A program made the position numbers and the translations under genes. The notes beneath the pieces were generated by a model. That model saw nothing but the letters and a program-made list of their open reading frames with translations, was not told the origin of the DNA and ran no database searches. A stretch of DNA of 63,421 nt, the filler included. It is 5 parts of 5 records of this genome, joined end to end, with 100 filler letters (N's around TTAATTAATTAA, not from the genome) between each part and the next. Parts side by side here need not be neighbours in the genome. Positions count along the whole stretch, not along the records: positions 1 to 19,622 come from SRR22947727_5563; positions 19,723 to 36,073 come from SRR22947727_5568; 3 more parts are not named here. The stretch is one strand, 5' to 3'. Of the stretch, positions 10,262 through 24,152 are shown piece by piece; within the stretch, counting starts at the first letter, position 1; the number at the start of each line of letters is the position of its first letter.

Positions 10262-11100
10262 GGGGCCACCTCCCGTTGGAGATCACCCCACATAACCACT
10301 AAGACGTAGCGGCCCCGATCTAGCAATGAGGAGGGTGCGGCAAAAACGGTGGCAAAGGCATCTCCCTCCAAAATAATCACCTCAGTGACGCGGGCCACCG
10401 GATAGCCGGGTGGAAAACGCCCTCCCAAACCCGACGTTACGAGCAGATCGCCGACTCGAATATCCGTCGTGGCGGGTAAGTGTCGGACAATAAGGCGGTC
10501 AATGGAGCCGCTGCCTTCTGCAATGGCTCTTAACCCGGAGCGATTGACCTGTATCGGCACAGCGTGAGCGCTGTCGGTAATCAGCACCGCACGGCTGTTG
10601 CGATTGCCGCTGCTAGTGACTTGACCTATTAATCCCTCTGCCCCTAAAACAGGCTGCCCATCGGCGACACCGTCACTGACGCCTTTATCCAACATGACAA
10701 TGTGCCGTGCGGGATCCGGTGACAAGCTAGTAATTTGCGCGGCGATCAAATCGTCCCCAATGTCGCGCGCAGAGTTCAGGAGCGCCTTATAACGCGCATT
10801 TTCAGACAACAATGACGCCAATCGCTGAGACTGGCCCTTTAACACCCGATTTTCCTGCTGCAGCCGCAACACTTCTTCCTGCAAACTACTTCTGGACTGG
10901 AAGACAGTGCCCAGCCGATCCCACGCCTCTATTGGCGCGAGCACCAAACTAGTCGCAAAAGCAACGCCATCAATGGCACCGCGCTGCACCGCAGCAACCC
11001 GCGGATCGTCGCGGAACAAAAACAACATCAGGAAACAGGCGATGCTCAGGAATATGAATCGCGCACCAATTGGGTTTTGTTTTAAGAAAAGCGGCTTGAT
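10258..11100 (-). CDS. mreC: rod shape-determining protein MreC, probable ATC start
   Basis: ENARYKALL, GDLLVTSGLGGRFPPGYPV; in-frame (I)KPLFLK N-terminus 7 nt after GGAG. Confidence 0.92.
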   Translation of the reverse strand: MKPLFLKQNPIGARFIFLSIACFLMLFLFRDDPRVAAVQRGAIDGVAFATSLVLAPIEAWDRLGTVFQSRSSLQEEVLRLQQENRVLKGQSQRLASLLSENARYKALLNSARDIGDDLIAAQITSLSPDPARHIVMLDKGVSDGVADGQPVLGAEGLIGQVTSSGNRNSRAVLITDSAHAVPIQVNRSGLRAIAEGSGSIDRLIVRHLPATTDIRVGDLLVTSGLGGRFPPGYPVARVTEVIILEGDAFATVFAAPSSLLDRGRYVLVVMWGDLQREVAP

Positions 11101-11124
11101 GGCGCTGCTCCGCGTAGTATGGCG

Positions 11125-12285
<1,161 letters not shown>

Positions 12286-12381
12286 TCAAACGTCATATTC
12301 CAAGAGAATGTAGCAACGCGGGGGTTTTTGGGCAAGCGACAAGTATGTTAGTTTTCGTGCCCCGAAAATGGAAACGGTATT

Positions 12382-12669
12382 ATGTCGGTCACTCCAGAAG
12401 ATATTGAGAAAGTTGCCCTGCTTGCTCGACTCAGTATTTCGGAGTCTGAGTTGCCAGAGGTTACAGAGCGCTTCAGTAAAGTGCTCGATCTCGTCGACGA
12501 ACTGAATACAATTAATACCGATGGCGTGGTGCCCATGTCTAATCCGCATGACATGACACAGCGGCTGCGAGCAGACACCGTGACCAGCCACACTGCTCGT
12601 GAGGCATTGATGGCGTCCGCACCCGCGCAAGCAAGCGGTTATTTCCTCGTTCCAAAGGTCATTGACTAA
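12382..12669 (+). CDS. gatC: Asp/Glu-tRNA amidotransferase subunit C
   Basis: VALLARL...[10 protein letters not shown]. Confidence 0.95.
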   Translation: MSVTPEDIEKVALLARLSISESELPEVTERFSKVLDLVDELNTINTDGVVPMSNPHDMTQRLRADTVTSHTAREALMASAPAQASGYFLVPKVID

Positions 12670-14147
12670 TGGCAGATAGCGACGTGTTAAATGCCTCGGT
12701 CAGCGACCTCCAGCGCATGCTCTCAGCACGCGCCATTTCTAGCGAGGAGCTGGTAAAAACCTGTCTGGGACAAATCGAGGCAGAAAATGATGCGTTAAAT
12801 GCCGTTATCACCCTCTGTAGTGATCAGGCGCTCAGCGATGCCCGGGAAGCCGATCAAGTCCTGTCGCGAGGCGATGGCAAACCGCTCACGGGAATCCCTT
12901 TGTTGCATAAAGATATTTTTTGCACCCAGGGGGTCCGCACTACCTGTGGCTCTCATATGCTAGAGACCTTCGAGCCCGCATACGACGCAACAGTGGTTGC
13001 AAGACTCAAAGCGGCAGGAACCGTTACCCTAGGCAAGTGCAATATGGATGAATTCGCTATGGGATCATCCAATGAGACCAGCTTTTTTGGTGCGGTGAAA
13101 AACCCTTGGGACCTGGACTGTGTTCCCGGTGGCAGTTCTGGTGGGTCAGCAGCGGCACTCGCGGCCGGTTTCGCGCCACTGGTTACCGGTACCGATACGG
13201 GAGGGTCCATCAGACAGCCCGCATCCTTATGCGGCATCACCGGATTAAAGCCAACCTATGGCAGGGTGTCACGACTGGGCATTATTGCCTTCGCATCATC
13301 ATTAGATCAGGCAGGCCCCATGGCGAGGTCAGCGGAAGATTGCGCACATATGTTAACAGCGATGTCGGGCATTGATGCGGGAGACTCGACCTCTGCCGAT
13401 CGGGCGGTACCCGATTTTGCGGCGGCACTAAATGGCAAGATAGAAGGCCTCCGTATCGGAATACCTCGTGAGTATTTTAATGATGCGCTTAACCCCAAAG
13501 TCCGCGAGCGCATCATGGCGGCCTTATCGCAGTTAGAAAAAGCCGGGGCACAGCTGATCGACATCGATTTACCTCACACCCACTATGCGATCGCCACTTA
13601 CTATGTCATTGCACCTGCAGAGGCCTCTGCCAACCTAGCCCGCTACGATGGCGTGCGCTTTGGTCATCGCTGCGACGATCCCATCGACCTTGAAGATTTG
13701 TATCTTCGATCTCGCAGTGAGGGCTTTGGTGAAGAGGTTCAGCGGCGTATTCTGGTGGGGACCTATGCCTTATCATCTGGCTTCTATGACGCTTATTTTA
13801 ATAAAGCCCAGCAAGTCAGGCGCATTATTGCTGACGATTTTCATCGCGCTTTCGAGACAGTTGATGTGATTGCCGGGCCTTCCGCTCCAAATGTCGCCTT
13901 TCAGTGCGGCACTAAGCAACAAGACCCTGTGGCGATGTACATGGAGGATATCTACACGTTGGCGGTCAACCTAGCGGGCTTACCAGGCTTATCTGCGCCA
14001 GCCGGGCTCATCAATGGTATGCCCGTGGGCCTACAACTCATTGGTAAAGCCTTTGACGAGGCGACGATTCTTAATACGGCGCATCGGCTTCAGCAAGACA
14101 CAGACTGGCATACGTACCGACCCAACTTTGGGGCTTTCCAATCATGA
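12669..14147 (+). CDS. gatA: Asp/Glu-tRNA amidotransferase subunit A
   Basis: amidase signature [31 protein letters not shown]. Confidence 0.97.
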   Translation: MADSDVLNASVSDLQRMLSARAISSEELVKTCLGQIEAENDALNAVITLCSDQALSDAREADQVLSRGDGKPLTGIPLLHKDIFCTQGVRTTCGSHMLETFEPAYDATVVARLKAAGTVTLGKCNMDEFAMGSSNETSFFGAVKNPWDLDCVPGGSSGGSAAALAAGFAPLVTGTDTGGSIRQPASLCGITGLKPTYGRVSRLGIIAFASSLDQAGPMARSAEDCAHMLTAMSGIDAGDSTSADRAVPDFAAALNGKIEGLRIGIPREYFNDALNPKVRERIMAALSQLEKAGAQLIDIDLPHTHYAIATYYVIAPAEASANLARYDGVRFGHRCDDPIDLEDLYLRSRSEGFGEEVQRRILVGTYALSSGFYDAYFNKAQQVRRIIADDFHRAFETVDVIAGPSAPNVAFQCGTKQQDPVAMYMEDIYTLAVNLAGLPGLSAPAGLINGMPVGLQLIGKAFDEATILNTAHRLQQDTDWHTYRPNFGAFQS

Positions 14148-15595
14148 GCTGGGAAATGGTCATGGGATTGGAGGTCCACTTGCAACTGGCGACACAGTCC
14201 AAAATCTTTTCAGGGTCGGCAACCCAATTCGGTGCCGAACCCAACTGCCAGGCGGACCCAGTCGATCTAGGCATGCCGGGCATGCTGCCTGTTTTGAACG
14301 AAGAAGCCGTTCGTCATGCCGTCAAATTTGGGTTAGGCATCGGGGCCACCATTGGTGAGCGCTCCGTCTTTGATCGTAAAAACTACTTTTACCCAGATCT
14401 GCCCAAGGGCTATCAAGTCAGTCAATTCTTTGCGCCGATTGTCTGCGAGGGCGTCTTTGAGGTGCCCATGGCGGATGGATCCTTATTGCCGATCCGCATC
14501 ACCCGAGCCCATCTAGAGGAGGACGCCGGCAAATCAGTCCACGATATCTTTCCCCGTGAAACTGGGATCGATTTAAACCGAGCAGGCACACCCCTGTTAG
14601 AAATCGTCACTGAGCCTGATTTTAGAACCGCGGAGCAAGCCGTCGCTTACCTAAAGGCGCTGCATTCACTGGTCACTTACTTGGGTATCTCTGACGGCAA
14701 CATGGCAGAAGGGTCAATGCGATGCGATATCAATATCTCTCTCCGCGAGCGGGGCACCGACGCGCTGGGGACGCGGACAGAAATCAAAAACGTCAACTCT
14801 TTCCGTTTTGTAGAGCGCGCAATCCACGTTGAGTGCGAACGTCAGGCAGACATCCTTGACGACGGCGGTCGCATCACCCAGGAAACGCGACTTTACGACG
14901 CCGAGCAGAATGTCACGCGCTCCATGCGTTCCAAAGAAGTCGCTAACGATTATCGCTACTTTCCCGAGCCCGATCTCCTGCCTATCGAGATTGATGCCGC
15001 CTACATCGAAGCCGTTCGCGCCACGCTACCTGAACTACCCGGTGCAAAACGAGAGCGGTTCGTGAGTGATTATGGACTGAGCGAATACGATGCGACGCTA
15101 TTGATCCCGAATCACGCAATGGCCTCTTTTTTTGAGGCGGTTGTTAACCACTGTCATGCAGCAAAACCCGCTGCCAATTGGATTTTGGGAGATCTATTAG
15201 GGGCACTGAACCGGTCCGATATCGCCATTGAGAAAAGTCCCATATCGGCGCAGCAGCTGGCCGGCTTAATCAACCGGATCGAAGATGGCACGCTGTCGAG
15301 TAAATTAGCAAAACAGGTTTTTGACGCCATGTGGGAAGGCCTTGGTGAGGCCGATGAAATCATTGAGTCACGCGAGCTCAAACAAGTGAGTGACACCGGG
15401 GCACTTGAGACAATGGTCGCTGAAGTGATCGCTGCGAACCCAGATCAGGTCGCTCAATACTTAGCGGCAGACGAGGTAAAGCGTAAAAAGCTCAGCGGAT
15501 TTTTTGTCGGGCAGATCATGAAGGCATCACAGGGACAGGCAAACCCAAAACTACTGAACCAGTTGTTGCTCGAAAAATTAGCCGCTCAATCCTGA
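14144..15595 (+). CDS. gatB: Asp/Glu-tRNA amidotransferase subunit B
   Basis: [32 protein letters not shown]. Confidence 0.98.
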   Translation: MSWEMVMGLEVHLQLATQSKIFSGSATQFGAEPNCQADPVDLGMPGMLPVLNEEAVRHAVKFGLGIGATIGERSVFDRKNYFYPDLPKGYQVSQFFAPIVCEGVFEVPMADGSLLPIRITRAHLEEDAGKSVHDIFPRETGIDLNRAGTPLLEIVTEPDFRTAEQAVAYLKALHSLVTYLGISDGNMAEGSMRCDINISLRERGTDALGTRTEIKNVNSFRFVERAIHVECERQADILDDGGRITQETRLYDAEQNVTRSMRSKEVANDYRYFPEPDLLPIEIDAAYIEAVRATLPELPGAKRERFVSDYGLSEYDATLLIPNHAMASFFEAVVNHCHAAKPAANWILGDLLGALNRSDIAIEKSPISAQQLAGLINRIEDGTLSSKLAKQVFDAMWEGLGEADEIIESRELKQVSDTGALETMVAEVIAANPDQVAQYLAADEVKRKKLSGFFVGQIMKASQGQANPKLLNQLLLEKLAAQS

Positions 15596-16185
15596 ACTCT
15601 ACCTTTCATATACTCGAGCCGATTTTCTCGTTTCTTATCGCTGCTTTTTTTCAGCAAGACATAAACCGACCCCGTGCCACCGTGAGCCGGTTGTGCGGAG
15701 TGAAAAGCTTGCACCACATCGAGCTCTCTTAGCCAATGATTGACGTAACCTTTTAGGACCGCTTTGCGGTCTGATGCCGCACCAGACTGGCCTTTACCAT
15801 GAACGATCAACAGATTCCGCAGGCCCAGTTCCGTGGCTTCGCGGATAAAGGCAAACACCTCCTCTCGCGCCTGCTTGACCACCAGCCGATGCAAATCAAG
15901 CCGCGCATCCGTCTGATACTGTCCCAAGCGAAGTTTGCGATACACCCCATTTTGGATGCCGGGGCGTTTAAATTCTAGGATGAACCAAGGTTCCAGTGGC
16001 AACACCCCCTCATCGACCAGTGGATTAGAGACGGTATCCTCTCCCTCCGCTGCGCGACGACGGCCGGTTTGCTGATCCTCCGACAGCGCCTCTTTCATTA
16101 GCCGCACACGCGCCTCTCGCTCGAGCGGTTTTACCCCAGCCATCTCTTGCGCAAACAGCTCATCGTCACTCACTAGTGGTTGCAC
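15586..16185 (-). CDS. smrA: Smr-domain endonuclease SmrA
   Basis: [21 protein letters not shown] motifs; start approximate. Confidence 0.88.
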   Translation of the reverse strand: MQPLVSDDELFAQEMAGVKPLEREARVRLMKEALSEDQQTGRRRAAEGEDTVSNPLVDEGVLPLEPWFILEFKRPGIQNGVYRKLRLGQYQTDARLDLHRLVVKQAREEVFAFIREATELGLRNLLIVHGKGQSGAASDRKAVLKGYVNHWLRELDVVQAFHSAQPAHGGTGSVYVLLKKSSDKKRENRLEYMKGRVQD

Positions 16186-16239
16186 TCTGCTCAGTCATAC
16201 GCGCAGTATAGTCAGTCTTTAATCATTACGGCGACGACC

Positions 16240-16977
16240 ATGAACGGCAATTTTTTTACGGGTGCTGGCTATTTTTTACGAGGGCTGAGCATGACCTTTC
16301 AGCCGGGGTTACGCCAGTTTGTGATGGTGCCGCTAGCCGCCAATATACTGCTATTTAGCCTCATGGGCTGGACCTTGTACCAGGTGATCTCTGATTTCTA
16401 TGACGCCGCTATGCTGAGTGTCCCCGAGTGGCTTCAGTTTCTGTCATGGCTAATCACCCCTCTTCTGTGGCTGGTCGGTAGCCTCATGACGGGCTATGTC
16501 TCCACGCTGGCAGTTCTCATGCTGACATCCCCATTTCACGCCTTGCTATCCGAGCGGGTAGAGGAGCTGGTAACGGGTGAGCCGATTCCGTCATCGGATG
16601 GTTTCGGCAGAGCGCTCTTGGAGGTGCCCAGAGCCTTTCTGCGGGAGGTGAGAAAATTGCTGACCTATTTACCCATGACACTGGGTGTGCTGCTCCTGAC
16701 GATTATTCCTGTGTTTACTGCGTTTGCACCGCTGGGATGGTTCTTGCTGGGTGCATGGATGATGAGCCTACAATTCATCGACTACCCAATGGATAATCAT
16801 CGCCTGCCCTTTAGGGATGTTCGAGAAGCCTGTGCGGCCAGAAGAGCGTCGACCATTGGGTTCGGCGGAACCGTTGCCTTTTTCACGGGCATACCGCTGG
16901 TGAACCTGATCGTGATTCCGGCCGCTGTTATCGGCGCCACGCTGCTTTGGTGCGAAGAATTACGCAGCCGGCGGTAG
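16240..16977 (+). CDS. cysZ: CysZ / EI24-domain membrane protein
   Basis: PGLRQFVMVPL, SPFHALLSERVE, QFIDYPMDNH, IPAAVIGATLLW. Confidence 0.88.
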   Translation: MNGNFFTGAGYFLRGLSMTFQPGLRQFVMVPLAANILLFSLMGWTLYQVISDFYDAAMLSVPEWLQFLSWLITPLLWLVGSLMTGYVSTLAVLMLTSPFHALLSERVEELVTGEPIPSSDGFGRALLEVPRAFLREVRKLLTYLPMTLGVLLLTIIPVFTAFAPLGWFLLGAWMMSLQFIDYPMDNHRLPFRDVREACAARRASTIGFGGTVAFFTGIPLVNLIVIPAAVIGATLLWCEELRSRR

Positions 16978-16995
16978 CGCAGCGTCAGACAGTCA

Positions 16996-18201
16996 TCATG
17001 GCGGTGAGGTACAGGCGAGGGAATGCCCCAATAACGCTTCTATGTCCGGCAATAAAAAAGCGTCGTCTTCACTCGCAAAGCTAATCGATATGCCTGTAGC
17101 GCCCGCTCGACCGGTGCGACCGATACGATGCACGTAGTCCTCAGGATCCTCGGGGAGGTTGTAGTTCACCACGTGAGAAATACCCTCTACGTGGATACCC
17201 CGTCCTGCGACGTCAGTGGCAACCAGTACTTTGCATTGCCCCGATTTAAACTGCTCTAAGGTCCGTGTGCGCTTGGCTTGAGTCACTTCTCCAGACAGCA
17301 TGCCGCAGTGCACCCCCGCTTTACACAGCTTCTCATGCAGGCGGCGCACCTGATCACGACGATTCGCAAAGATAATGACGCTCTCCGCCTCAGGATCTTG
17401 CAGTAAGTCCATCAGCACAGAAAATCGATCACTGCTCGCCACCAAGTAGACCTTTTGATCCACTGAGGCAGTGGCAACACGCTCGGGCTCAATCTCCACC
17501 GTGACAGGCTCAAAGGTCCACTGCTGCGCTAAGTTCATGACGTCTTGCGTAAACGTTGCCGAGAACAGCAGCGTTTGGCGATCCTCTCTACGAGGGGTGG
17601 TTCGAACGATCCGCTTGACCTGGGGTATAAAGCCCATGTCTAACATGCGGTCTGCCTCGTCCAGCACCAGGATCTCAACTCGATCTAGTGCTAGGTCTCG
17701 CCGCTCCATAAAATCAATCAGCCGCCCGGGAGTCGCGACGATGAGATCCACCGGAGTACGATTCACTTTGTTGAGCTGTTTTTGGTAATCCGCACCGCCA
17801 ATCAATGTGACCGTTTGCAATCCAGTGAACCTGCCTAACTCTTCCGCGTCTTCCGCAATCTGCATCACTAACTCGCGAGTTGGCGCAATAATGACCGCAC
17901 GTGGCTCACCCAGAAAACGTTCGCCTTCTATTGGATGGCTGAGGAGGTCATTAAAAATAGTAATGAGAAAAGCGGCCGTCTTGCCGGTACCTGTTTGCGC
18001 TTTGCCAATAGCGTCATTACCCCCGAGGGTATGCGGCAAAATTTGCGCCTGTATGGGTGAACAAAACTCAAACCCTAGCGCATCGATCCCTTTTTGCACC
18101 GTGACATCAAGATTCAGTGTGTCAAACTTCACTTGTGCTGCAGTGTGATGGGTTTCAGCGGGAATGACCGGATCGGCCGGAGTAGCGACTTCTTTTTGCA
18201 C
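16996..18201 (-). CDS. rhlB: DEAD-box RNA helicase RhlB
   Basis: [30 protein letters not shown]. Confidence 0.88.
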   Translation of the reverse strand: MQKEVATPADPVIPAETHHTAAQVKFDTLNLDVTVQKGIDALGFEFCSPIQAQILPHTLGGNDAIGKAQTGTGKTAAFLITIFNDLLSHPIEGERFLGEPRAVIIAPTRELVMQIAEDAEELGRFTGLQTVTLIGGADYQKQLNKVNRTPVDLIVATPGRLIDFMERRDLALDRVEILVLDEADRMLDMGFIPQVKRIVRTTPRREDRQTLLFSATFTQDVMNLAQQWTFEPVTVEIEPERVATASVDQKVYLVASSDRFSVLMDLLQDPEAESVIIFANRRDQVRRLHEKLCKAGVHCGMLSGEVTQAKRTRTLEQFKSGQCKVLVATDVAGRGIHVEGISHVVNYNLPEDPEDYVHRIGRTGRAGATGISISFASEDDAFLLPDIEALLGHSLACTSPP

Positions 18202-18307
18202 AGTCGTGCCTAGGGAAAAATGAGCGCGCAGTTTAGCACAGCCCAGCGGAGTAGAATGCGCCCTCGGGTTCTCGCCCAGACGATCGCTTTACAGGATATG
18301 CCTATTC

Positions 18308-19622
18308 ATGCAGCCACAGTCCTTCGTATCCCGCTTCCTTGCCGAGCTGCGCCCTCTGTGGGGTATCGCCTGGCCCTTAATCATTGCCCAAACCGCCCAA
18401 ATCGGGACCGGTGTGGTCGATACCTTAATGGCGGGCAACTACAGCGATATTGATCTGGCGGCGATTGCAGTGGGGTTCAATATTTGGCTACCACTTTATT
18501 TGGTGATCCTCGGGACGCTTTTTGCGTGTTCAGCGATCGTTGCGCAGGATTATGGCGCCGGGAATATTGCACGTGTCCGAAGCTTCCTGCCGCAGGGCTT
18601 ATGGGTCGCCATGGCGTTGAGCGCGGTCATGACGCCGCTATGCCTGAATATTGGCTCTGTTATTCACACGCTGGGCTTAGCCGATGAGACAGCGGCGAAA
18701 ACTGCCGCCTACATCAGCCGTGTCGGCTTAGGGTTTCCAGCGCTCGGTATTTTCATGGCACTTCGGTATCACACTCAGGGGTTGGGCATCACAGCGCCTT
18801 TTGCCATGGCCAGCGTGATTGGCTTCCTAGCCAACGTGCCCCTGAACTACATGCTGATTTTTGGCGTCTGGGGCGCACCCGAGTTGGGCGCAGAGGGCTG
18901 TGGCCTTGCGACAGCAGCGTCGATGTGGATCAGCACCCTCATCATTACCCTCTATGTGCTGGTGGCAAAGCCGTTACAACCCTTCCTACCGGAACGTTGG
19001 CTGCAATGGCCCGATAGCGGTCGGATCAAAGAAATTCTGGTCGTCGGGTTACCCGTTGGGCTCACCTTCTTTCTAGAGACGGGGGTCTTCTCGGCGATTA
19101 CTTTATTCATTGCCCAACTGGGCGAGGCGGCGGTGGCAGCCCATCAAATCACCTTTAATCTTTGGGACGTCTTTTATATTCCGATGGTCAGTATCGGCAG
19201 TGCCATGGCGACCCGAATGGGCCACGCCATTGGCGCAAAAAATAACGAGGGCGTGCGCATGGCGCTGCGTGTGGGCGCTACTTTGTCGGCGCTGGTGGGC
19301 CTACTCACCATGGCACTACTGTTGCTATTTCCAGATGAGATTATCGGTGCCTACACACAATCGACTGACGTGAGAGACCTCGCGCTACGCTTACTGCGCC
19401 TAGCGGCGCTGTTTATTATGATCGACGTCATCCAAATTGTAGGATCATTTGTGCTGCGGGCTTATAAAGAAACGCGGTTTCCGTTCATCGTTGTCACCCT
19501 CTCCTACTGGGGACTCGCATTGCCCTTGGGTTACCTTTTGGCCATTCATTGGGGTGACGGCAGCCCTGAGGGTACGATCGATTTCTGGTACGCAACCATT
19601 GCGGGGATCTCGGTTGCAACCG
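18308..19622 (+). CDS. MATE family efflux transporter (NorM-like), 3' truncated at contig end
   Basis: VDTLMAG, NVPLNYMLIFG..GAPELGAEGCGLAT, AAHQI. Confidence 0.9.
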
Positions 19623-19722
19623 NNNNNNNNNNNNNNNNNNNNNNNNNNNNNNNNNNNNNNNNNNNNTTAATTAATTAANNNNNNNNNNNNNNNNNNNNNN
19701 NNNNNNNNNNNNNNNNNNNNNN
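19623..19722. other. artificial contig linker (Ns with TTAATTAATTAA all-frame stop)
   Basis: Same linker occurs four times; base composition and taxonomy change across it. Confidence 0.98.
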
Positions 19723-19725
19723 CAA

Positions 19726-19741
19726 AGCGGGTGCAAATATA
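19726..19741 (-). promoter_or_regulatory. Bacteroidota -7 promoter TATATTTG(CACCCGCT) pointing off the contig end, probably driving a stable-RNA gene
   Basis: TAnnTTTG consensus; identical 16-mer precedes tRNA-Lys at 35969. Confidence 0.6.
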
Positions 19742-19971
19742 GAACGAGTTTTCTGGTTTCACAACAACTATTTGTAAAAATATTTAATCTTTTTTCCGAC
19801 CACTGCACACTACCCTATTTTACAAGTAGTTAGCCAGAATAAAAATTGAAATGAAATGGGGCATCGGGCGTGAGCCCAGGATTTAAAGTGAATTTAGCGG
19901 GGAAATAATAATAATTGACCCTTTGTATAAGGAAAAGAGGCAAGGATTATTGCCAAGTAAATCAATGGTGT

Positions 19972-19979
19972 TATATTTG
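19972..19979 (+). promoter_or_regulatory. Bacteroidota -7 promoter element for thrS
   Basis: TATATTTG ending ~25 nt upstream of the thrS ATG, with an upstream TTG. Confidence 0.6.
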
Positions 19980-20003
19980 CGCCTCTTACATGTATATATA
20001 AAG

Positions 20004-21947
20004 ATGATAAAAGTTAGCTTACCAGACGGATCCGTAAAGGAATTTAATAAAGGCGCTACGCCTATGGACGTAGCCATGAGTATTAGTGAGGGATTGGCGA
20101 GAAATGTAATATCGGCCAGTTTTAACAATACCGTTGTAGAAACCAAAACGGCTTTGCAAGAAGACGGTAGTCTGGTGCTGTTCACTTGGAATGATGTTTC
20201 AGGTAAGAAAGCCTTCTGGCATTCTTCTTCTCATATTGTGGCCCAAGCTTTAGAACAATTGTATCCTGGTGTAAATCTAACGATTGGCCCTGCCATTGAC
20301 AATGGTTTCTATTATGACGTAGCACTTCCTGAAGGTAAAGTGATTTCTGATAAGGATTTTGCACAGATTGAAAAAACCGCCTTGGAGATTGCTCGTGGCA
20401 AACACGAGTTTAATATGCGCAGTGTGTCTAAAGCAGACGCACTTAAAAAATACCGTGATGAAAACAACCCTTATAAGGTTGAACTGATAGAAAACCTGGA
20501 AGATGGCAGCATTACTTTTTGTGACCACGATTCTTTTACAGATTTGTGTAGGGGTGGTCACATTCCCAACACTGGCATTGTAAAAGCCATTAAAATTTTA
20601 AGTGTTGCTGGTGCGTACTGGAGGGGAGATGAGAATAAACCTCAACTCACTAGACTTTACGGTATCTCTTTCCCTAAACAAAAGGAGCTTACCGAGTACC
20701 TAGAACTCTTGGAAGAAGCTAAAAAGAGAGACCATAGAAAATTGGGTAAAGAAATGGAGCTCTTTACTTTTTCTCAAAAAGTAGGCCAAGGTTTGCCATT
20801 GTGGTTGCCTAAAGGAGCTGCACTTAGAGAAAGACTAGAGAACTTTTTGAAAAAAGCACAAAAGAAAGCGGGTTATGAGATGGTGGTTACACCACATATT
20901 GGCCAAAAAGAACTCTATGTGACTTCTGGTCACTATGCGAAGTACGGAGAAGACAGCTTCCAACCTATTAAAACGCCAAAAATGGATGAGGAGTTTCTTT
21001 TGAAGCCAATGAATTGTCCGCACCATTGTGAAATATACAACAGTAAGCCTTTTAGCTACAAAGAACTACCCAAGCGTTTTGCTGAATTTGGAACAGTGTA
21101 TAGATATGAACAAAGTGGCGAGTTACACGGACTCACAAGAGTGAGAGGTTTTACTCAGGACGACGCGCATATTTTTTGTACTCCTGACCAATTAGATCAG
21201 GAATTTAAAGATGTGATTGACTTATCTTTATATGTATTAAACTCGCTTGGTTTTGATAATTTCACCGCACAGGTCTCTGTGAGAGATCTGAGCAAGCCTG
21301 AAAAATACATTGGATCTGTTGAGAATTGGGAAAAAGCAGAAAACGCGATTATTAATGCTGCAGCTGAAAAAGGATTGAATTATGTGGTAAAAGCCGGTGA
21401 AGCTGCTTTCTATGGTCCTAAGCTGGATTTCATGGTGAAGGATGCCCTGGGAAGACAGTGGCAATTGGGAACCATTCAGGTAGATTACAACCTTCCTGAA
21501 AGATTTGAGCTTAGCTATAAAGGCAGTGACAATCAATCACACAGGCCGGTAATGATCCATAGAGCGCCTTTCGGAAGCATGGAACGTTTTATTGCCTTAT
21601 TGCTGGAACATACTGGGGGAAATTTTCCTTTATGGCTCACTCCACAGCAAGCTGTAATACTCTCTGTAAGTGAGAAGCATGAAAAATATGCCGAAAAAGT
21701 TTTAAATTCACTAGAAAATGCCGAAATTCGCGGCCTCGTTGACAGTAGAAATGAGACTATTGGTAAGAAAATTAGAGAGGCAGAAATGAGCAAAATCCCA
21801 TTCATGCTGATCGTTGGAGACCAAGAGGCCCAAGACCAAACCATTTCCGTAAGAAAACACGGAGGAGAAGAAATAGGCACTATTTCAGTGGAAGACTTTG
21901 CCCAACTAGTAAAAAAAGAGATTGAAACGACCTTAAAACCGTTTTAA
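20004..21947 (+). CDS. thrS: threonyl-tRNA synthetase
   Basis: TGS domain, [26 protein letters not shown]. Confidence 0.98.
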   Translation: MIKVSLPDGSVKEFNKGATPMDVAMSISEGLARNVISASFNNTVVETKTALQEDGSLVLFTWNDVSGKKAFWHSSSHIVAQALEQLYPGVNLTIGPAIDNGFYYDVALPEGKVISDKDFAQIEKTALEIARGKHEFNMRSVSKADALKKYRDENNPYKVELIENLEDGSITFCDHDSFTDLCRGGHIPNTGIVKAIKILSVAGAYWRGDENKPQLTRLYGISFPKQKELTEYLELLEEAKKRDHRKLGKEMELFTFSQKVGQGLPLWLPKGAALRERLENFLKKAQKKAGYEMVVTPHIGQKELYVTSGHYAKYGEDSFQPIKTPKMDEEFLLKPMNCPHHCEIYNSKPFSYKELPKRFAEFGTVYRYEQSGELHGLTRVRGFTQDDAHIFCTPDQLDQEFKDVIDLSLYVLNSLGFDNFTAQVSVRDLSKPEKYIGSVENWEKAENAIINAAAEKGLNYVVKAGEAAFYGPKLDFMVKDALGRQWQLGTIQVDYNLPERFELSYKGSDNQSHRPVMIHRAPFGSMERFIALLLEHTGGNFPLWLTPQQAVILSVSEKHEKYAEKVLNSLENAEIRGLVDSRNETIGKKIREAEMSKIPFMLIVGDQEAQDQTISVRKHGGEEIGTISVEDFAQLVKKEIETTLKPF

Positions 21948-21978
21948 AAATATAAATGTTTAACTAAAATTAGAAGCC

Positions 21979-22533
21979 ATAGCAATACGTAAAAGGTTCA
22001 GGCCACAACCAAGAAGGGAAAATAAAAATCCTCACAACATCAATAGGAGCATTTTAGCACCTAGCGTTCGTTTGGTAGGAGACAATGTAGAAGTAGGTGT
22101 CTATGACATTAAAGATGCACTTGTCAAAGCAGAGGAACTAGAATTAGACTTAGTAGAGATTTCTCCTAAGGCAGACCCTCCTGTTTGTAAAATTACCGAT
22201 TACAAGAAATTCCTTTACGAACAAAAGAAAAGAGAAAAGGTACTTAAAGCTAAAGCGACTAAAGTGGTGGTTAAAGAGATCCGTTTTGGACCTCAAACAG
22301 ATGACCACGATTACGAGTTTAAAAAGAAACACGCAGAGAAGTTTCTTAAAGATGGAGCCAAATTAAAGGCTTATGTATTCTTTAAAGGACGTTCTATTGT
22401 GTACAAAGATCAAGGAGAAATTCTACTCTTAAAATTGGCTTCTGAATTAGAAGAATTAGGAAAAGTAGAACAAATGCCTCGATTGGAAGGAAAGAGAATG
22501 ACTATGTTTTTAGCCCCAAAAACTAAAAAATAA
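21979..22533 (+). CDS. infC: translation initiation factor IF-3, probable ATA start
   Basis: [31 protein letters not shown]; frame open to ATA 21979 with no ATG after the upstream stop. Confidence 0.95.
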   Translation: MAIRKRFRPQPRRENKNPHNINRSILAPSVRLVGDNVEVGVYDIKDALVKAEELELDLVEISPKADPPVCKITDYKKFLYEQKKREKVLKAKATKVVVKEIRFGPQTDDHDYEFKKKHAEKFLKDGAKLKAYVFFKGRSIVYKDQGEILLLKLASELEELGKVEQMPRLEGKRMTMFLAPKTKK

Positions 22534-22592
22534 TCAGAGGGTGTTTAATGGCCCTGAATACATTAAGTGAGATAACTATAAATAGGAAGACA

Positions 22593-22790
22593 ATGCCTAA
22601 AATGAAAACAAAATCTAGTGCCAAGAAGCGTTTTAAGCTTACAGGTTCTGGGAAAATTAAAAGAAAGCACGCTTTTAAGAGTCACATCTTGACCAAAAAG
22701 TCTAAAAAGCGTAAGCTTAAATTAACTCATGATGGTTTGGTACACAAAGCAGATGAGAACAACATCAAAATTCAATTGCGTTTAAAGTAA
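22593..22790 (+). CDS. rpmI: 50S ribosomal protein L35
   Basis: [15 protein letters not shown]. Confidence 0.97.
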   Translation: MPKMKTKSSAKKRFKLTGSGKIKRKHAFKSHILTKKSKKRKLKLTHDGLVHKADENNIKIQLRLK

Positions 22791-22872
22791 ACCAATTAAG
22801 GTAACAATTATTAACCGTGGAGCTAGGCTTTAAAGTGCCCAACAGCCGCCTACTACAAAAAACAATTAAGAA

Positions 22873-23217
22873 ATGCCAAGATCAGTCAATTCAGTAGCTT
22901 CAAGAGCTAGAAGAAAAAAAGTAATGAAACAAGCCAAAGGTTTCTTCGGAAGAAGAAAGAACGTTTGGACTGTTGCAAAAAATGCGGTGGAAAAAGCGAT
23001 GCTTTATGCATACAGAGACCGTAGAAATAAGAAAAGAAATTTCCGTGCCCTATGGATTACACGTATTAATGCAGCGGCAAGATTACACGGAATGTCTTAC
23101 TCAGAGTTTATGGGTAAAGTAAAGGCCAACAACATTGAACTAAACCGTAAGGTTTTAGCAGATTTGGGTATGAACCATCCAGAGGCGTTCAAAGCTGTAG
23201 TAGACAAAATAAAATAA
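22873..23217 (+). CDS. rplT: 50S ribosomal protein L20
   Basis: [30 protein letters not shown]. Confidence 0.98.
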   Translation: MPRSVNSVASRARRKKVMKQAKGFFGRRKNVWTVAKNAVEKAMLYAYRDRRNKKRNFRALWITRINAAARLHGMSYSEFMGKVKANNIELNRKVLADLGMNHPEAFKAVVDKIK

Positions 23218-23237
23218 TACGAATCTATCTCACTTAT

Positions 23238-23272
23238 AAAAATCCCACGCCTTAAGCGTGGGATTTTTTTTT
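23238..23272 (+). terminator. intrinsic terminator after rplT
   Basis: AATCCCACGC-cttaa-GCGTGGGATT followed by T-run. Confidence 0.85.
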
Positions 23273-23284
23273 ACCTTTCCATTT

Positions 23285-24094
23285 ATGAATACACCCCTGC
23301 TTAAAGATGTTAAACTTGTGGTAACCGATATGGATGGCACTCTGCTAAATCCAAGCCATGAGGTAAGCAAGCTATTTATGGATCAATTTTGGGCCCTTAA
23401 AGAAAAAGGGGTTACGGTGGTTGCTGCAAGTGGTAGGCAACACAATAGTATTGTAGAAAAACTAGCGCCTATAGAAAAAGAACTTACTGTCATTGCAGAG
23501 AATGGTGCCATGACCACTTTTCACGGTAAAGAAACAGTGTTCACCCCCTACCCTAAAATACATTTAGACAAAACACTCGCACTTTTAAAACGCCAAGAAA
23601 ATATGCACCCGGTACTTTGTACCAACGGATCTGCATTCATAGCTAAGGGCCAAGATAAGTTTGAACCCATTCTAAGAGAGTTTTACAGCGCTTTTAACGT
23701 AATTGATCACTTAGAAGATTGCACACAAGAGGTACTTAAAATAGCCATCTATCATTTTGAGAGCTCGGAAAAGTACATTTACCCTGTAGTACAAGACTTG
23801 GCCAATGTGGTAAAAATAAAAATATCTGGTCCAAACTGGGTAGATCTTTCACATCCTAATGCAAATAAGGGATTCGCCTTAAATGCCCTACAAAAACATT
23901 TAGGGGTTAGCCCGGAGCAAACCATGGTCTTTGGAGATTACTTTAACGATCTTGAAATGATGGAACAAGCACATTTTAGCTATGCCATGGCCAACGCTCA
24001 TCCTGAAATTATTAAAAAGGCCCAATACAAAACACTATCTAATAGTGAATTTGGCGTAGAAACGGTTTTAAAAGAGTTGTTAAAACAACTATAG
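23285..24094 (+). CDS. Cof-type HAD-IIB hydrolase
   Basis: DMDGTLL, ASGR, NKG, FGDYFNDLEMM. Confidence 0.92.
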   Translation: MNTPLLKDVKLVVTDMDGTLLNPSHEVSKLFMDQFWALKEKGVTVVAASGRQHNSIVEKLAPIEKELTVIAENGAMTTFHGKETVFTPYPKIHLDKTLALLKRQENMHPVLCTNGSAFIAKGQDKFEPILREFYSAFNVIDHLEDCTQEVLKIAIYHFESSEKYIYPVVQDLANVVKIKISGPNWVDLSHPNANKGFALNALQKHLGVSPEQTMVFGDYFNDLEMMEQAHFSYAMANAHPEIIKKAQYKTLSNSEFGVETVLKELLKQL

Positions 24095-24152
24095 GTGTCT
24101 ATGGGATAGAACGTCTCAAATTTCATTAAACTTGCCAAAAAAATTTGGATCC

